A stretch of 54,091 nucleotides of DNA, taken from the IMG/VR virus record IMGVR_UViG_3300039008_000121, positions 1-54,091 of that record. One strand, given 5' to 3'. This DNA is from a virus. Position 1 is the first letter of the stretch, and every line of letters begins with the position of its first letter. Below, one piece after another: positions 25,101 through 32,659 of the stretch. The position numbers were made by a program, and so were the translations under genes. The notes beneath the pieces are model-generated. The model worked only from the letters and a program-made list of their open reading frames with translations. It had not been told where the DNA came from and ran no database searches.

Positions 25101-25399
25101 TGAACACTGATATCATTGCCAGTTCTGCTTACACTCAAGTTGAGCTGAACCGTATCAGTCAAACCATTTACCGACTGAACACCACCTGCAGGAATCCAAC
25201 GAATTCCATCCGAAACAAATAGCTTACCATCGGTTTTAATCTCAATTCGTCCTTTTTCTGGAACTGGATTAGTTAAAATGGTAACCGGAAACAAAGTGAA
25301 TTGTTCCGTTTCCAAACCATCTTGGAAATATTCGGCCTCTTGTGCTTGAACATTCCAAGCCAACAGAAAGCCAAGCAGTATTAAAAAAAGTTTCTTCAT
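22142..25399 (-). CDS. Fibre/adhesin protein with a C-terminal S74 intramolecular-chaperone domain
   Basis: SDIRLKANM...RYGVKAQDLEKIAPEMVY is a peptidase-S74-type autoprocessing chaperone. There are internal NTD(E/D)Q(D/N)L..GDLSISGGNG.NLDGRY repeats. The N-terminus MKKLFLILLGFLLAWNVQA-QE is signal-like. The C-terminus has the TM segment YLSYLFIGLAFVLLL plus KVKGRRRKEK. The start was set at the Met at 25399. Confidence 0.7.
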   Translation of the reverse strand: MKKLFLILLGFLLAWNVQAQEAEYFQDGLETEQFTLFPVTILTNPVPEKGRIEIKTDGKLFVSDGIRWIPAGGVQSVNGLTDTVQLNLSVSRTGNDISVQITGANPIVFNVEDGDGDSTNEYQNLSLGIKSGTVQPVNIENGAGVNIDVADNDNDPTNELDNTDEQDLSFNLGTGDLSISGGNGTNLDGRYIPLSSGDDFVDKVSAEDIGGKKTFKDEMVIENNGGSNILTIKNTTSTVGVLTDIKIQAKNNNGDLVDAATLTTQLQNGTPGAEESEFTIGVKNASYAFRRDGKFRTKALTIWDGAGSGKWLGSDASGNASWKDLPLIDLKLLGNELSITNDLSTVDLTKYLDNTDDQNLNLSGDILSLESDPTAVDLSPYKDNTDEQDLSFNSSTGDLSISGGNGANLDGRYVRSAEKGIANGVANLDGSGKIYPTQLPAIAFTDVYQVATIAIRDDLVAKEGDVAIVADIGNGEPNTYIWDDIEWVELKKPADNVSSVNGQSGVVSLTTSDIPEGTNKYYTSARVNADAPNVTLSGESYLSMVNQAITANKINLSSHVTGTLADVSLSSNVALKNIDNNFTTQTITANGATATTLRLNNTGVNGREWWISSGQPGIGNNGFTIRDNTALADRLYIDNDGNINNISGEYQLNGTSINTAGTLSNVVYSDGTGGDRFVFGDNNRATLRMGNVASTSLTKSGSYYSVNLTDKPSGTSSFGFLNISMYSNGTSSNSGVGWMGIYADENADRFFMRRGIGINAASTTFGDWRELYHTGNSNNSTTPWNAQTYSIAGTTVIDNNRNYTGGSGIFTGQLDIGATVNTGQSRDVLEFTNPLLATQKLAKITCGNINSANQFIGFEVNEGSTFNNLIERLRVTTGGIGVTGNVTTEGDLIINNEVGGRNLTIEASTDGSRHIFRSTNTISGYSFQNNTETLLNISAGGVLNGFDNWTTTGTVTATDVSTTSDIRLKANMNPVKDLKKFDDIDFISYYLRSDSTKRLRYGVKAQDLEKIAPEMVYTTQDSLQTKSVSYQSLLIAKVARQDQIIKQQTQDLSDLKSMVYLSYLFIGLAFVLLLKVKGRRRKEKV

Positions 25400-25421
25400 A
25401 TCTATTATTTGCAGCTCCAAA

Positions 25422-25452
25422 GTCTCCCTTTCAAGGGAGATTTAGAGGGGTG
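25422..25452 (-). terminator. Hairpin family B, copy 2 (right after the stop of 25453..25749, upstream of the fibre gene)
   Basis: TCTCCCT-TTCA-AGGGAGA plus TTTAGAGGG. The closing pair changes in a compensatory way relative to copy 1. Confidence 0.45.
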
Positions 25453-25749
25453 TTACAATACAGTCTTTTTAATGATTTTAAAAATTAAGATTCCGGTTGG
25501 GTATCTGTCAGGAGCAGTAAATTGGAAAGTTGTACCAGTTTGATTAACTACCACACAAGAATTTTTCGCCTCTCGATTTCCGCTTTTATAACTAATGATA
25601 TCAACCAAGTAGTTATCCATACCCAAATCAGGAAAAGTAATTACCTGTGGATTTTGAGTTGTAGTAATCTCAAAAGCTTGAGGACCGTACTTTTCCAATA
25701 CAGCGCGAATAAAACCTTCCTGCTCATTTAACAATTCCTCTCTGGTCAT
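25453..25749 (-). CDS. Hypothetical 98-aa protein
   Basis: ORF bracketed by conserved hairpins. Confidence 0.5.
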   Translation of the reverse strand: MTREELLNEQEGFIRAVLEKYGPQAFEITTTQNPQVITFPDLGMDNYLVDIISYKSGNREAKNSCVVVNQTGTTFQFTAPDRYPTGILIFKIIKKTVL

Positions 25750-25771
25750 ACACTTTTTCTTTAAGCACCTT

Positions 25772-25802
25772 CTGAGATTCTCACTCCAAGTGAGGCTCTC
25801 AG
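25772..25802. repeat. Hairpin family A, copy 2
   Basis: CTGAGATTCTCAC-TCCAA-GTGAGGCTCTCAG. Confidence 0.85.
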
Positions 25803-25862
25803 TGTTAAATCCGAAAATTGCCTCCCTCTACAATGTGAACGCTACACTTTAGAAGGGTAACG

Positions 25863-26477
25863 TTAATAGTCTTTCCCCTGATAGTAAGCAGTTACCTGCC
25901 CCATCGCCGCAACAGCCTGATCACCCATTTCAAATACCTGGAATACCTTCGCAGCACAAAGCCAGCAAAGCACCTCAGCCAAATCATCCTGAACCTGTTC
26001 AGCAACTACTTTTTTAATGTATCCGGCTCTTTTCTTTTCTGCATTAGTAACGGTGTAACATTCCAAGATTTTTTTACTTTCATCATGTCTTTCAACGACA
26101 ACAGGTTTTGTAAAGCCACCTCTTGTGTGCGCATTCAGTTGAAGGATATAATCAGGATGAGACTCACTGATCGGAACAATAACAGGTCGTTTCCAGTCGT
26201 TCATTTGCAGATAAGCCAAACGCAAATAATCATCAGGCAATACCATTACACCAACACCATCGGTTACAGTAACGGTAGCAGTTAAATCAGTAGCAACAAG
26301 AATATGCAAGGGAGCAGTTAAAAGCAGATCTCTGGCAGCTTCATCGAGTAATTCCTCAATGTATTGCTCCAATGGTTTCACCGCCTTGGCATCAACAGAT
26401 ACAACCAACCCCTCGTCAAAAGGGGTTAGCTCTTCCATTCTAATTTTAACCTTGCTAATTAAATCAGGTCTAAGCAT
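25863..26477 (-). CDS. Head-tail connector/adaptor candidate, 204 aa
   Basis: The call rests on position, just downstream of the capsid genes. No motif was recognised. Confidence 0.4.
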   Translation of the reverse strand: MLRPDLISKVKIRMEELTPFDEGLVVSVDAKAVKPLEQYIEELLDEAARDLLLTAPLHILVATDLTATVTVTDGVGVMVLPDDYLRLAYLQMNDWKRPVIVPISESHPDYILQLNAHTRGGFTKPVVVERHDESKKILECYTVTNAEKKRAGYIKKVVAEQVQDDLAEVLCWLCAAKVFQVFEMGDQAVAAMGQVTAYYQGKDY

Positions 26478-26480
26478 TTA

Positions 26481-26891
26481 CTACAAATTAGGGAAAGTTA
26501 AACCTAACGAGTTTGCAACTTCTTCTACAAGCGCATTTGTTTTCATCTTGCTTGTCTGTAGATCTTTCTCAGGGAATTTTTCTTTCAAATACTCCTGAGC
26601 TTGTTGGTTGGTTTCAACCTCAGGAACTTCGGTTAGATCATCATTTCCTCCATTACCATCGGAGCCTTTTTTTGTAGTTTTAACTTCCTCTAACAATTTA
26701 AAGGTTTTATTAAATCCTGAATCAGCCTCTAATGCTTTCTGAAGCTTAGGATCGGTAGTGCCAAACTTCCCATTTATTCTTTGTGGAGCCATGCTACCGC
26801 CAGTAAAACTAACAGAGAAAGGCTTATTATCTATCATTACATTTGTATGTAATTCGAGATCTCTAATCGATTGATATATTTTATTCATCAC
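26481..26891 (-). CDS. Hypothetical head-associated protein, 136 aa
   Basis: ORF directly after the capsid gene. Confidence 0.45.
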   Translation of the reverse strand: MMNKIYQSIRDLELHTNVMIDNKPFSVSFTGGSMAPQRINGKFGTTDPKLQKALEADSGFNKTFKLLEEVKTTKKGSDGNGGNDDLTEVPEVETNQQAQEYLKEKFPEKDLQTSKMKTNALVEEVANSLGLTFPNL

Positions 26892-26955
26892 AATTATTTT
26901 AGGATTGAAAAAAAGTTCCGAGGCAGAATGCCCCGAAACATTATATTATTTCAGA

Positions 26956-28341
26956 CTAGACTTTAGGTCTGATGATAGCGTGAGTATCAGGATAACGAGT
27001 AATCAAACCTGAACACTCTTCAATAACAGTTGCCTCAGCGTTTCTCTGACCAGAATCTTTTAACTTGACATCTCTAATATTCATGGTCTGGAACGCATGC
27101 TTGTCAATATTATTGATATCTAAAAGAATACCATTGTCACCCCAACCACATTCATCTAAACCATTGTGCATGAAGTAAAGAATGTTACCAAACATGGTTT
27201 CGATCTTCTTGAAAGTCAATCCCCATTTTACTTCGGTACTTCCTGCCTCAAGTTGTTTCTGAATATCTGGAACTTTCGAGATAGCAGCAGTTAATCCAGC
27301 CCCACCAAATAACAAGCGGTTTTCACTTCCACTATTACCGGTAAAGATTGCTTTTGACCAATCAATAAAGGTATTGTTTGAAATATCTCTATTCGCACCA
27401 CCAGTTCCGTATTCCAATGCTTTTGTAATGAATCTAGTTACACCACCAGTGAAATATCTTTCCTCACTTGTAACTGTATCAATCAGCTTATTTCTTGCAC
27501 CAAACAGATAAGACAATTCCATTCTCTGTTTCATCTCATAAATATTCTGAGCCTCATAGTCAGAGAAAGAGAAATCAACTTCCTTATCATGAATTTTCTG
27601 ATAGAAAGATTCTTCCATTTGCGCCATGAAAATTTGCATGTAGTTGTACTCTTTGGTAGGAACAATTGCAAATGGCGATGTCTGAGCATCTTTCTCACCT
27701 TTAGCATTACCCATTTTAACAAGCACGGCATTTGCTGCAATAGGAGGAACTTCTGTATCCTCACCTGCTACAACACCATTTACAGCTTGAACTTTAAGAG
27801 TAGCAGCCGCTTTATCAACATCTGCAACAAACAAAACTAAATCACCTCCATCGGTTCCCTGCACACCTTGTACAAAAGCTGTATCATCTTTTGCCCAAAG
27901 TTTGATGTTGTTCACCTCTAGATTTGTTAAGCCTGCATTTTTAATAGCAATTTCTGTTTTAACAGTGTCCTTAATCCCCCTGGTTCCGACAGCGTAATAT
28001 TCAGACCTAAAAGCATTAATCTTTTCAGCTTTCACATGGCGCATAATCGTATCCATCGGAGTACGGGAAGGTTTCATTTCAGTAATCTTCTTACTGACAT
28101 GATCAACGTTCAAATCAGGACTAAGCTCATTAACATCTTTAGTAGTTACCGTATCGGTTACCACAGCTGCACTACCTGCCATTGCTTTGATAGCTACACC
28201 ACTCCCAAACAAAGCAGGGAACATATCACTAAGTAAAGCTGCATCAAATAAATGAACAGCAAATACTGCGATTCCAATAAAGCCTAGTAAATAGGTTAGG
28301 CCCTTCAAAATTCTATTACTTCTTTTCATTGTAAAAATCAA
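26956..28341 (-). CDS. Major capsid protein candidate (possible alternative start at 28182)
   Basis: 461-aa ORF immediately after an acidic scaffold-like gene. The N-terminal 53 aa are hydrophobic and precede MAGSAAVVTD. Confidence 0.55.
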   Translation of the reverse strand: MIFTMKRSNRILKGLTYLLGFIGIAVFAVHLFDAALLSDMFPALFGSGVAIKAMAGSAAVVTDTVTTKDVNELSPDLNVDHVSKKITEMKPSRTPMDTIMRHVKAEKINAFRSEYYAVGTRGIKDTVKTEIAIKNAGLTNLEVNNIKLWAKDDTAFVQGVQGTDGGDLVLFVADVDKAAATLKVQAVNGVVAGEDTEVPPIAANAVLVKMGNAKGEKDAQTSPFAIVPTKEYNYMQIFMAQMEESFYQKIHDKEVDFSFSDYEAQNIYEMKQRMELSYLFGARNKLIDTVTSEERYFTGGVTRFITKALEYGTGGANRDISNNTFIDWSKAIFTGNSGSENRLLFGGAGLTAAISKVPDIQKQLEAGSTEVKWGLTFKKIETMFGNILYFMHNGLDECGWGDNGILLDINNIDKHAFQTMNIRDVKLKDSGQRNAEATVIEECSGLITRYPDTHAIIRPKV

Positions 28342-28348
28342 TTATAGT

Positions 28349-29152
28349 TTATAATCTTTCTCTTTTCTTTTGGCTATTCACGATCTTATCGATCTTGGAA
28401 GGAGCAGGCTTTTCAAGGGTTTCTTTTGTGCCACCACCGCCAACATTCGGCAGATTATCACCCTCTTTTTTTTCAACCTTCTTAGCCTCAATCGCTGCGT
28501 TTCTACCTGCAATACCCGCTAACTCAGCAGCTTCTTGAGCCTTACTATCAGCAGTCAAACCCTTGTGAAATTTGGCAAGAGTCTCTTTGGAGATTTTTCC
28601 ATTGAACAGGTCAGCAACAAAACCATCGAGCAATTCCATTAATTCCTTAATGCCTTCCTCGTCCAGTTCGTTTTCTTCCGCAAATTCTTTGATTGCTGCC
28701 TCGGTTCCGCCTAGGTTCTCCTGGTAGGTCTTGTCGAAGTTTCGCTTTTCCTCAAGCTTTGCCATTCTTTCCTCTTTGCCTTTGGCCCATCCTTCATAAT
28801 CTGGATCACCCTCTTGCGGAACAATAGACTCACGATCAATATGGCGACCCAGTGCAACCATAAATGGCGCACCATCTCGTAAATCAGACACAATTTTGGC
28901 AAGGGTTGGTTCTTGTTGGAATAAGGCTAGTAACTCATCGTTCTTAGCCATAGAGTTTGATCGGTAATCCGATAGATCACCCATGTGTCGATGAAGCCCT
29001 TCGTAGAATTTCTCTTCATCCCCATAGTCATCTCCATCTCCTAAAGCATTTTTGGCAAAAGCCAAAAACATCTCTTTTTTAGTCTGGGAGGGTTCTTGTG
29101 TTGTTGTTGCTTCTTTCTTCTCAACAACTTCATCTTTTATTTTTTCGCCCAT
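28349..29152 (-). CDS. Scaffolding protein candidate
   Basis: 267 aa, highly acidic and helical (EE/KE-rich). It is the first gene of the late leftward operon, upstream of the capsid gene. Confidence 0.55.
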   Translation of the reverse strand: MGEKIKDEVVEKKEATTTQEPSQTKKEMFLAFAKNALGDGDDYGDEEKFYEGLHRHMGDLSDYRSNSMAKNDELLALFQQEPTLAKIVSDLRDGAPFMVALGRHIDRESIVPQEGDPDYEGWAKGKEERMAKLEEKRNFDKTYQENLGGTEAAIKEFAEENELDEEGIKELMELLDGFVADLFNGKISKETLAKFHKGLTADSKAQEAAELAGIAGRNAAIEAKKVEKKEGDNLPNVGGGGTKETLEKPAPSKIDKIVNSQKKRERL

Positions 29153-29187
29153 TACTACTTTGTTAAGTTTTTAATATTGCAAAATCA

Positions 29188-29213
29188 GCTAAGGGCTAAT
29201 AGCTAATCGCTAA
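29188..29213. repeat. Four GCTAA motifs at exact 7-bp phase
   Basis: GCTAA at 29188, 29195, 29202 and 29209, in the divergent late promoter region. Confidence 0.85.
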
Positions 29214-29268
29214 AAGCAACTTAAACTAATACTTTAAACAAATCTATGTAATGATTTAAATGAAAGTT

Positions 29269-29301
29269 GTTTAAAATAAACGTAAAACTGTTTATTATAA
29301 C
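29269..29301. promoter_or_regulatory. Dual-palindrome operator-like element (GTTTAAAATAAAC-N8-GTTTATTATAAC)
   Basis: The same element, inverted, occurs at 49501..49533. Both copies sit upstream of a TACCTTT(A/G) box and an HTH-protein gene. Confidence 0.5.
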
Positions 29302-29311
29302 CGAAATTTTA

Positions 29312-29319
29312 TACCTTTA
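29312..29319 (+). promoter_or_regulatory. -7-like promoter box, TACCTTTA
   Basis: Near match to TAnnTTTG, 19 nt upstream of the ATG at 29338. Confidence 0.35.
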
Positions 29320-29337
29320 CAAAAAGCAATTCAAACT

Positions 29338-29559
29338 ATGGGAAGAAAAAAGAGTGAAAAACTAATAGACCGTAATCGCGAACTAATGGTCTATTATGAT
29401 GAGCTACTTCGATCCTACGGCCCTGATATGGTTAGGAGGATTTCGAAAACCTCTATATACGAAGAGGTTGGAGATAAATTTCATATTTCAGGAGATAGAG
29501 CAAGAGTGATTATCTCAAAAGAACTTAAAAAGGTGAAACAGAAAGAAGTAGCAGTATAG
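29338..29559 (+). CDS. Small HTH protein upstream of terL (small-terminase-position or late regulator)
   Basis: 73 aa. Its stop overlaps the terL GTG start (TAGTG). Confidence 0.5.
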   Translation: MGRKKSEKLIDRNRELMVYYDELLRSYGPDMVRRISKTSIYEEVGDKFHISGDRARVIISKELKKVKQKEVAV

Positions 29560-31565
29560 TGAGCAAGCCTGATATCAATAAAATACTTACCGAAAACAAG
29601 AAACGTTTAGCCGAATTATATGAGGAATACAACCCATATAGAGGTATCGGATCTCCTATAGAGCGTTTTAAGTTTGCCATTCCAGACGCACCCGAAGGAT
29701 TTACAGAAATACATCTTCCGGAAAGCATGAAGAGTTTGGCCGTTGTTTCTGCGCTCTTAAAATTTGGCTCTATTAAGGAGCTTGCTAAAAATTTAGGAAA
29801 GGAATACAGCCAAGGTTTTATTGATGGGATATGGGAAGGAATCACTAGTGATAGATTCGATCATGATTTTGAATTCTGGGCAGCTTTTGCAGCTCGTATC
29901 CAGGACAAGAAAACAAAACGATCAATTCCTTTTATTCTGAGAAAAGCACAAAGGAAGCTTTTGCGCGAACTGGAAGAAATGAGACTTGCAGGTATTCCAA
30001 TTCGAATCATTCTTTTAAAAGCTCGACAATGGGGAGGTTCTACGCTAGTTCAAATCTATATGGATTGGATTCAGCTTAGAATCAAAAAGAATTGGCACTC
30101 AGCCATTATTGCTGATGTGGAAGATCAGGCGAGAAATATCCGAGGGATGCAAACCAAATTAGCTGAGTTGTATCCTGAATCCTTGGGAACAATCACTTTT
30201 AAACCATTCGAAGGATCCAGTAAGAATAAGGTAATTGCTGATCGAGGCTGTATTATCGGTGTAGGATCAGCTCAAAAACCTGAATCGCTTCGATCTTTCG
30301 ACTTTGCCATGGTTCACATGTCCGAGGTTGGTTTGTGGAAATCTACGCCAAACCGATCTGCAGAAGATTTAGTACAATCGGTTCGCGCTACAATTCCCGA
30401 TGAACCACTATCATTGGAAGTGCTTGAATCTACCGCAAAGGGGGTAGGGAACTTCTTCCATAGAGAATGGCAAGCAGCCTATTCAGGCCGATCAGGTTAC
30501 AAAGCCGTTTTTGTTGGTTGGTGGGAGATCGATATGTATCAAATGGATATCGATAACTACAAAACATTCATTAAGACAATGGATGATTACGACTGGTTCT
30601 TATGGGAATTAGGCGCAACTCTTGAAGGTATCCATTGGTACAAACACACAAAAGCAAGTAAAAATTATGACGATTGGCGAATGAAATCGGAGTACCCAAG
30701 TACAGCCGATGAAGCATTCCAGTCATCAGGACAGAGATATTTTAAACCTAAATATGTAATCCAAGCTCGTAAAACTTGCCGACCTCCTAGATTCATTGGG
30801 GAACTGTTTGCTGATGGTCCGAAAAAAGCCGATGCGTTCAAAGGTTTGGATTTTGACGAAGTTGGAAAAGGGAATCTATTTGTTTGGGAATTACCGGACG
30901 AGGAAGAGGAAGTAACCGAAAGATATGTTGTTGTTGTTGATATCGGAGGAAAAACAGAAAATGCGGACTGGTCTATTATTAAAGTTTTTGATAGATTCCA
31001 ACAATCTCAGGGAGGAGTGCCGGAAGTGGTTGCAACTTGGCGAGGACATTTAGACCAGGATCTTGTTGTATGGAAAGCTGCACAAATAGCACGATTCTAT
31101 CACAATGCTTTACTGGTAGTAGAATCAAATTCATTGCATAAAGAAAAAAGCGAAGGCGATTTCTTCTTAACCGTTCTCGATGAAATTGCAGACTATTACG
31201 ATAACATTTTCCATCGTACCGATCCAACCAAGATCAAACAAGGTTTACCGCCTATGTATGGCTTCCATACAAACAAATCAACCAAAACAATGGTATTGGT
31301 TGCTTTAAATGCTGCCTTACGTGAAATTGGATATTATGAGCGTGATAGTCGCACATGTGACGAAATGGATTATTACGAAACCAAGCCTAACGGAACCGTT
31401 GGAGCGGTAGAAGGAGAGCATGACGACCTTGTAATGGCAACAGCAATTGGAGTGTGGGTGTGCGTTTCCTATTTAGATCTGCCTAAGCCAAAACCGAAGA
31501 GAAAAGACAAAACAAGTTCACGCAAAAGAAGTGGAGTAGTGAGCAGTTCAGTAGCTAATTTTTAA
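29559..31565 (+). CDS. terL: Terminase large subunit
   Basis: It has a Walker-A-like KARQWGGST motif and a C-terminal RNase-H-like nuclease (VVVVDIGG...DWS, GEHDDLVMATAI). 668 aa with a GTG start. Confidence 0.85.
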   Translation: MSKPDINKILTENKKRLAELYEEYNPYRGIGSPIERFKFAIPDAPEGFTEIHLPESMKSLAVVSALLKFGSIKELAKNLGKEYSQGFIDGIWEGITSDRFDHDFEFWAAFAARIQDKKTKRSIPFILRKAQRKLLRELEEMRLAGIPIRIILLKARQWGGSTLVQIYMDWIQLRIKKNWHSAIIADVEDQARNIRGMQTKLAELYPESLGTITFKPFEGSSKNKVIADRGCIIGVGSAQKPESLRSFDFAMVHMSEVGLWKSTPNRSAEDLVQSVRATIPDEPLSLEVLESTAKGVGNFFHREWQAAYSGRSGYKAVFVGWWEIDMYQMDIDNYKTFIKTMDDYDWFLWELGATLEGIHWYKHTKASKNYDDWRMKSEYPSTADEAFQSSGQRYFKPKYVIQARKTCRPPRFIGELFADGPKKADAFKGLDFDEVGKGNLFVWELPDEEEEVTERYVVVVDIGGKTENADWSIIKVFDRFQQSQGGVPEVVATWRGHLDQDLVVWKAAQIARFYHNALLVVESNSLHKEKSEGDFFLTVLDEIADYYDNIFHRTDPTKIKQGLPPMYGFHTNKSTKTMVLVALNAALREIGYYERDSRTCDEMDYYETKPNGTVGAVEGEHDDLVMATAIGVWVCVSYLDLPKPKPKRKDKTSSRKRSGVVSSSVANF

Positions 31566-31569
31566 AACC

Positions 31570-31600
31570 TTGATATTCTCACTCAAAGTGAGGCTATCAA
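31570..31600. repeat. Hairpin family A, copy 3 (with a compensatory pair change)
   Basis: TTGATATTCTCAC-TCAAA-GTGAGGCTATCAA. A G:C pair is replaced by T:A. Confidence 0.85.
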
Positions 31601-31614
31601 TAAAATACAGTATT

Positions 31615-31929
31615 ATGAAAAAAATAATCCAAAAATTACAGATCTTAATTCTAAGATTCACTTTCCAATCAAAGGAAAGCTCGTACTACATCAAAGCCTT
31701 AAAACTGAAAGATGGTAAGAAAAAAGTATTCCAGGCAGCAAAGAAATTGGCCGATGAAAACCATGAGGCAAACGGAAAACGATACTACGTTATCGACGAT
31801 TACGACAATTCAGGTCAATTTGTAGTGATGAACTCAAACGAGATCAACAGCTATAAAAAGGCAGGAATTTTCAAGAAGAATTTAAGTTTTAACCAACTGG
31901 CACAAATTGCAAGTTATCAAACTGCATAA
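31615..31929 (+). CDS. Hypothetical basic 104-aa protein (start moved past the hairpin)
   Basis: The track start at 31570 lies inside a conserved hairpin. The Met at 31615 was chosen. Confidence 0.5.
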   Translation: MKKIIQKLQILILRFTFQSKESSYYIKALKLKDGKKKVFQAAKKLADENHEANGKRYYVIDDYDNSGQFVVMNSNEINSYKKAGIFKKNLSFNQLAQIASYQTA

Positions 31930-31935
31930 ATCACT

Positions 31936-31966
31936 CTGAGGCTCTCACTTTAAGTGAGATTCTCAG
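31936..31966. repeat. Hairpin family A, copy 4 (arms swapped)
   Basis: CTGAGGCTCTCAC-TTTAA-GTGAGATTCTCAG. Confidence 0.85.
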
Positions 31967-31983
31967 TAAAAAATCAAATAATC

Positions 31984-32163
31984 ATGATAGGCGAAAAAGT
32001 AGAATATGAATACATCAACCCAAATACCGACAGGCCTGTTACCGATATTGGGATGATTGTAGATAAAATTCTTGTTAATGATTCAGATCATTATCTCATA
32101 AAAACAGCTAACAATGTGAAATCAATCAGGTGCGACAAAATTAAACGATTGATTACATCTTAA
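31984..32163 (+). CDS. Hypothetical 59-aa protein (start moved past the hairpin)
   Basis: MIGEKVEYEYINPNTDRPV. The track start lies inside a conserved hairpin. Confidence 0.45.
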   Translation: MIGEKVEYEYINPNTDRPVTDIGMIVDKILVNDSDHYLIKTANNVKSIRCDKIKRLITS

Positions 32164-32177
32164 AAACTAAAAAAACA

Positions 32178-32657
32178 ATGGAAACAATTCTCAGTGTAAT
32201 AATTATTCTTGTAGTGCAAATATGGTTGTACTACGATTGGCAAAAGAGCAAAAAAGTAAAGGACACAAAAAAGATAAATCCTATTCCCGAAATTAAAGAG
32301 GAAACTCAACCTTTAACTGTTGATTGGTCTATGATGGAATCAAATAAGAATATCATGCAAAATCTAATACAATTAAAACAGGAATACTTGATCGAATGCG
32401 ATCATTGCGATTTCAAGATTAAAAACAACTCAAAAGATCCAAATCAATCTATTGAGGCATACTTAAACAAACCATGTTCGAAATGTGGTAAAAATCTACT
32501 TAAAGAGAAGGATTATGCCGACTATAAAAGAACAATGAAAATTATCAACTGGCTTAATAAGTGGCTCAGTTGGCTTACTATATTTTCATCAAAAAATGGA
32601 TATAAAGCGAAGGGAACTATTACAATTCATAACGATGTTAAACTTGAGAGTAAATAG
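32178..32657 (+). CDS. N-terminally membrane-anchored zinc-ribbon protein
   Basis: The TM segment is ILSVIIILVVQIWLYY. The ribbon is CDHCDF...CSKCGKN. Confidence 0.5.
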   Translation: METILSVIIILVVQIWLYYDWQKSKKVKDTKKINPIPEIKEETQPLTVDWSMMESNKNIMQNLIQLKQEYLIECDHCDFKIKNNSKDPNQSIEAYLNKPCSKCGKNLLKEKDYADYKRTMKIINWLNKWLSWLTIFSSKNGYKAKGTITIHNDVKLESK

Positions 32658-32659
32658 AC

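Noticed and set aside
26892-26955. An imperfect hairpin (GTTCCGAGG...CCCCGAAAC) after the capsid gene, read as a strong terminator
   Set aside because: The stem has two mismatches in nine positions and no clear U-tract. It is at most an attenuator and is not reported as a feature.
29525-29845. A 106-aa minus-strand ORF overlapping the terL start
   Set aside because: It is antisense to the 5' end of the well-supported terminase gene. No promoter or coupling context was found.
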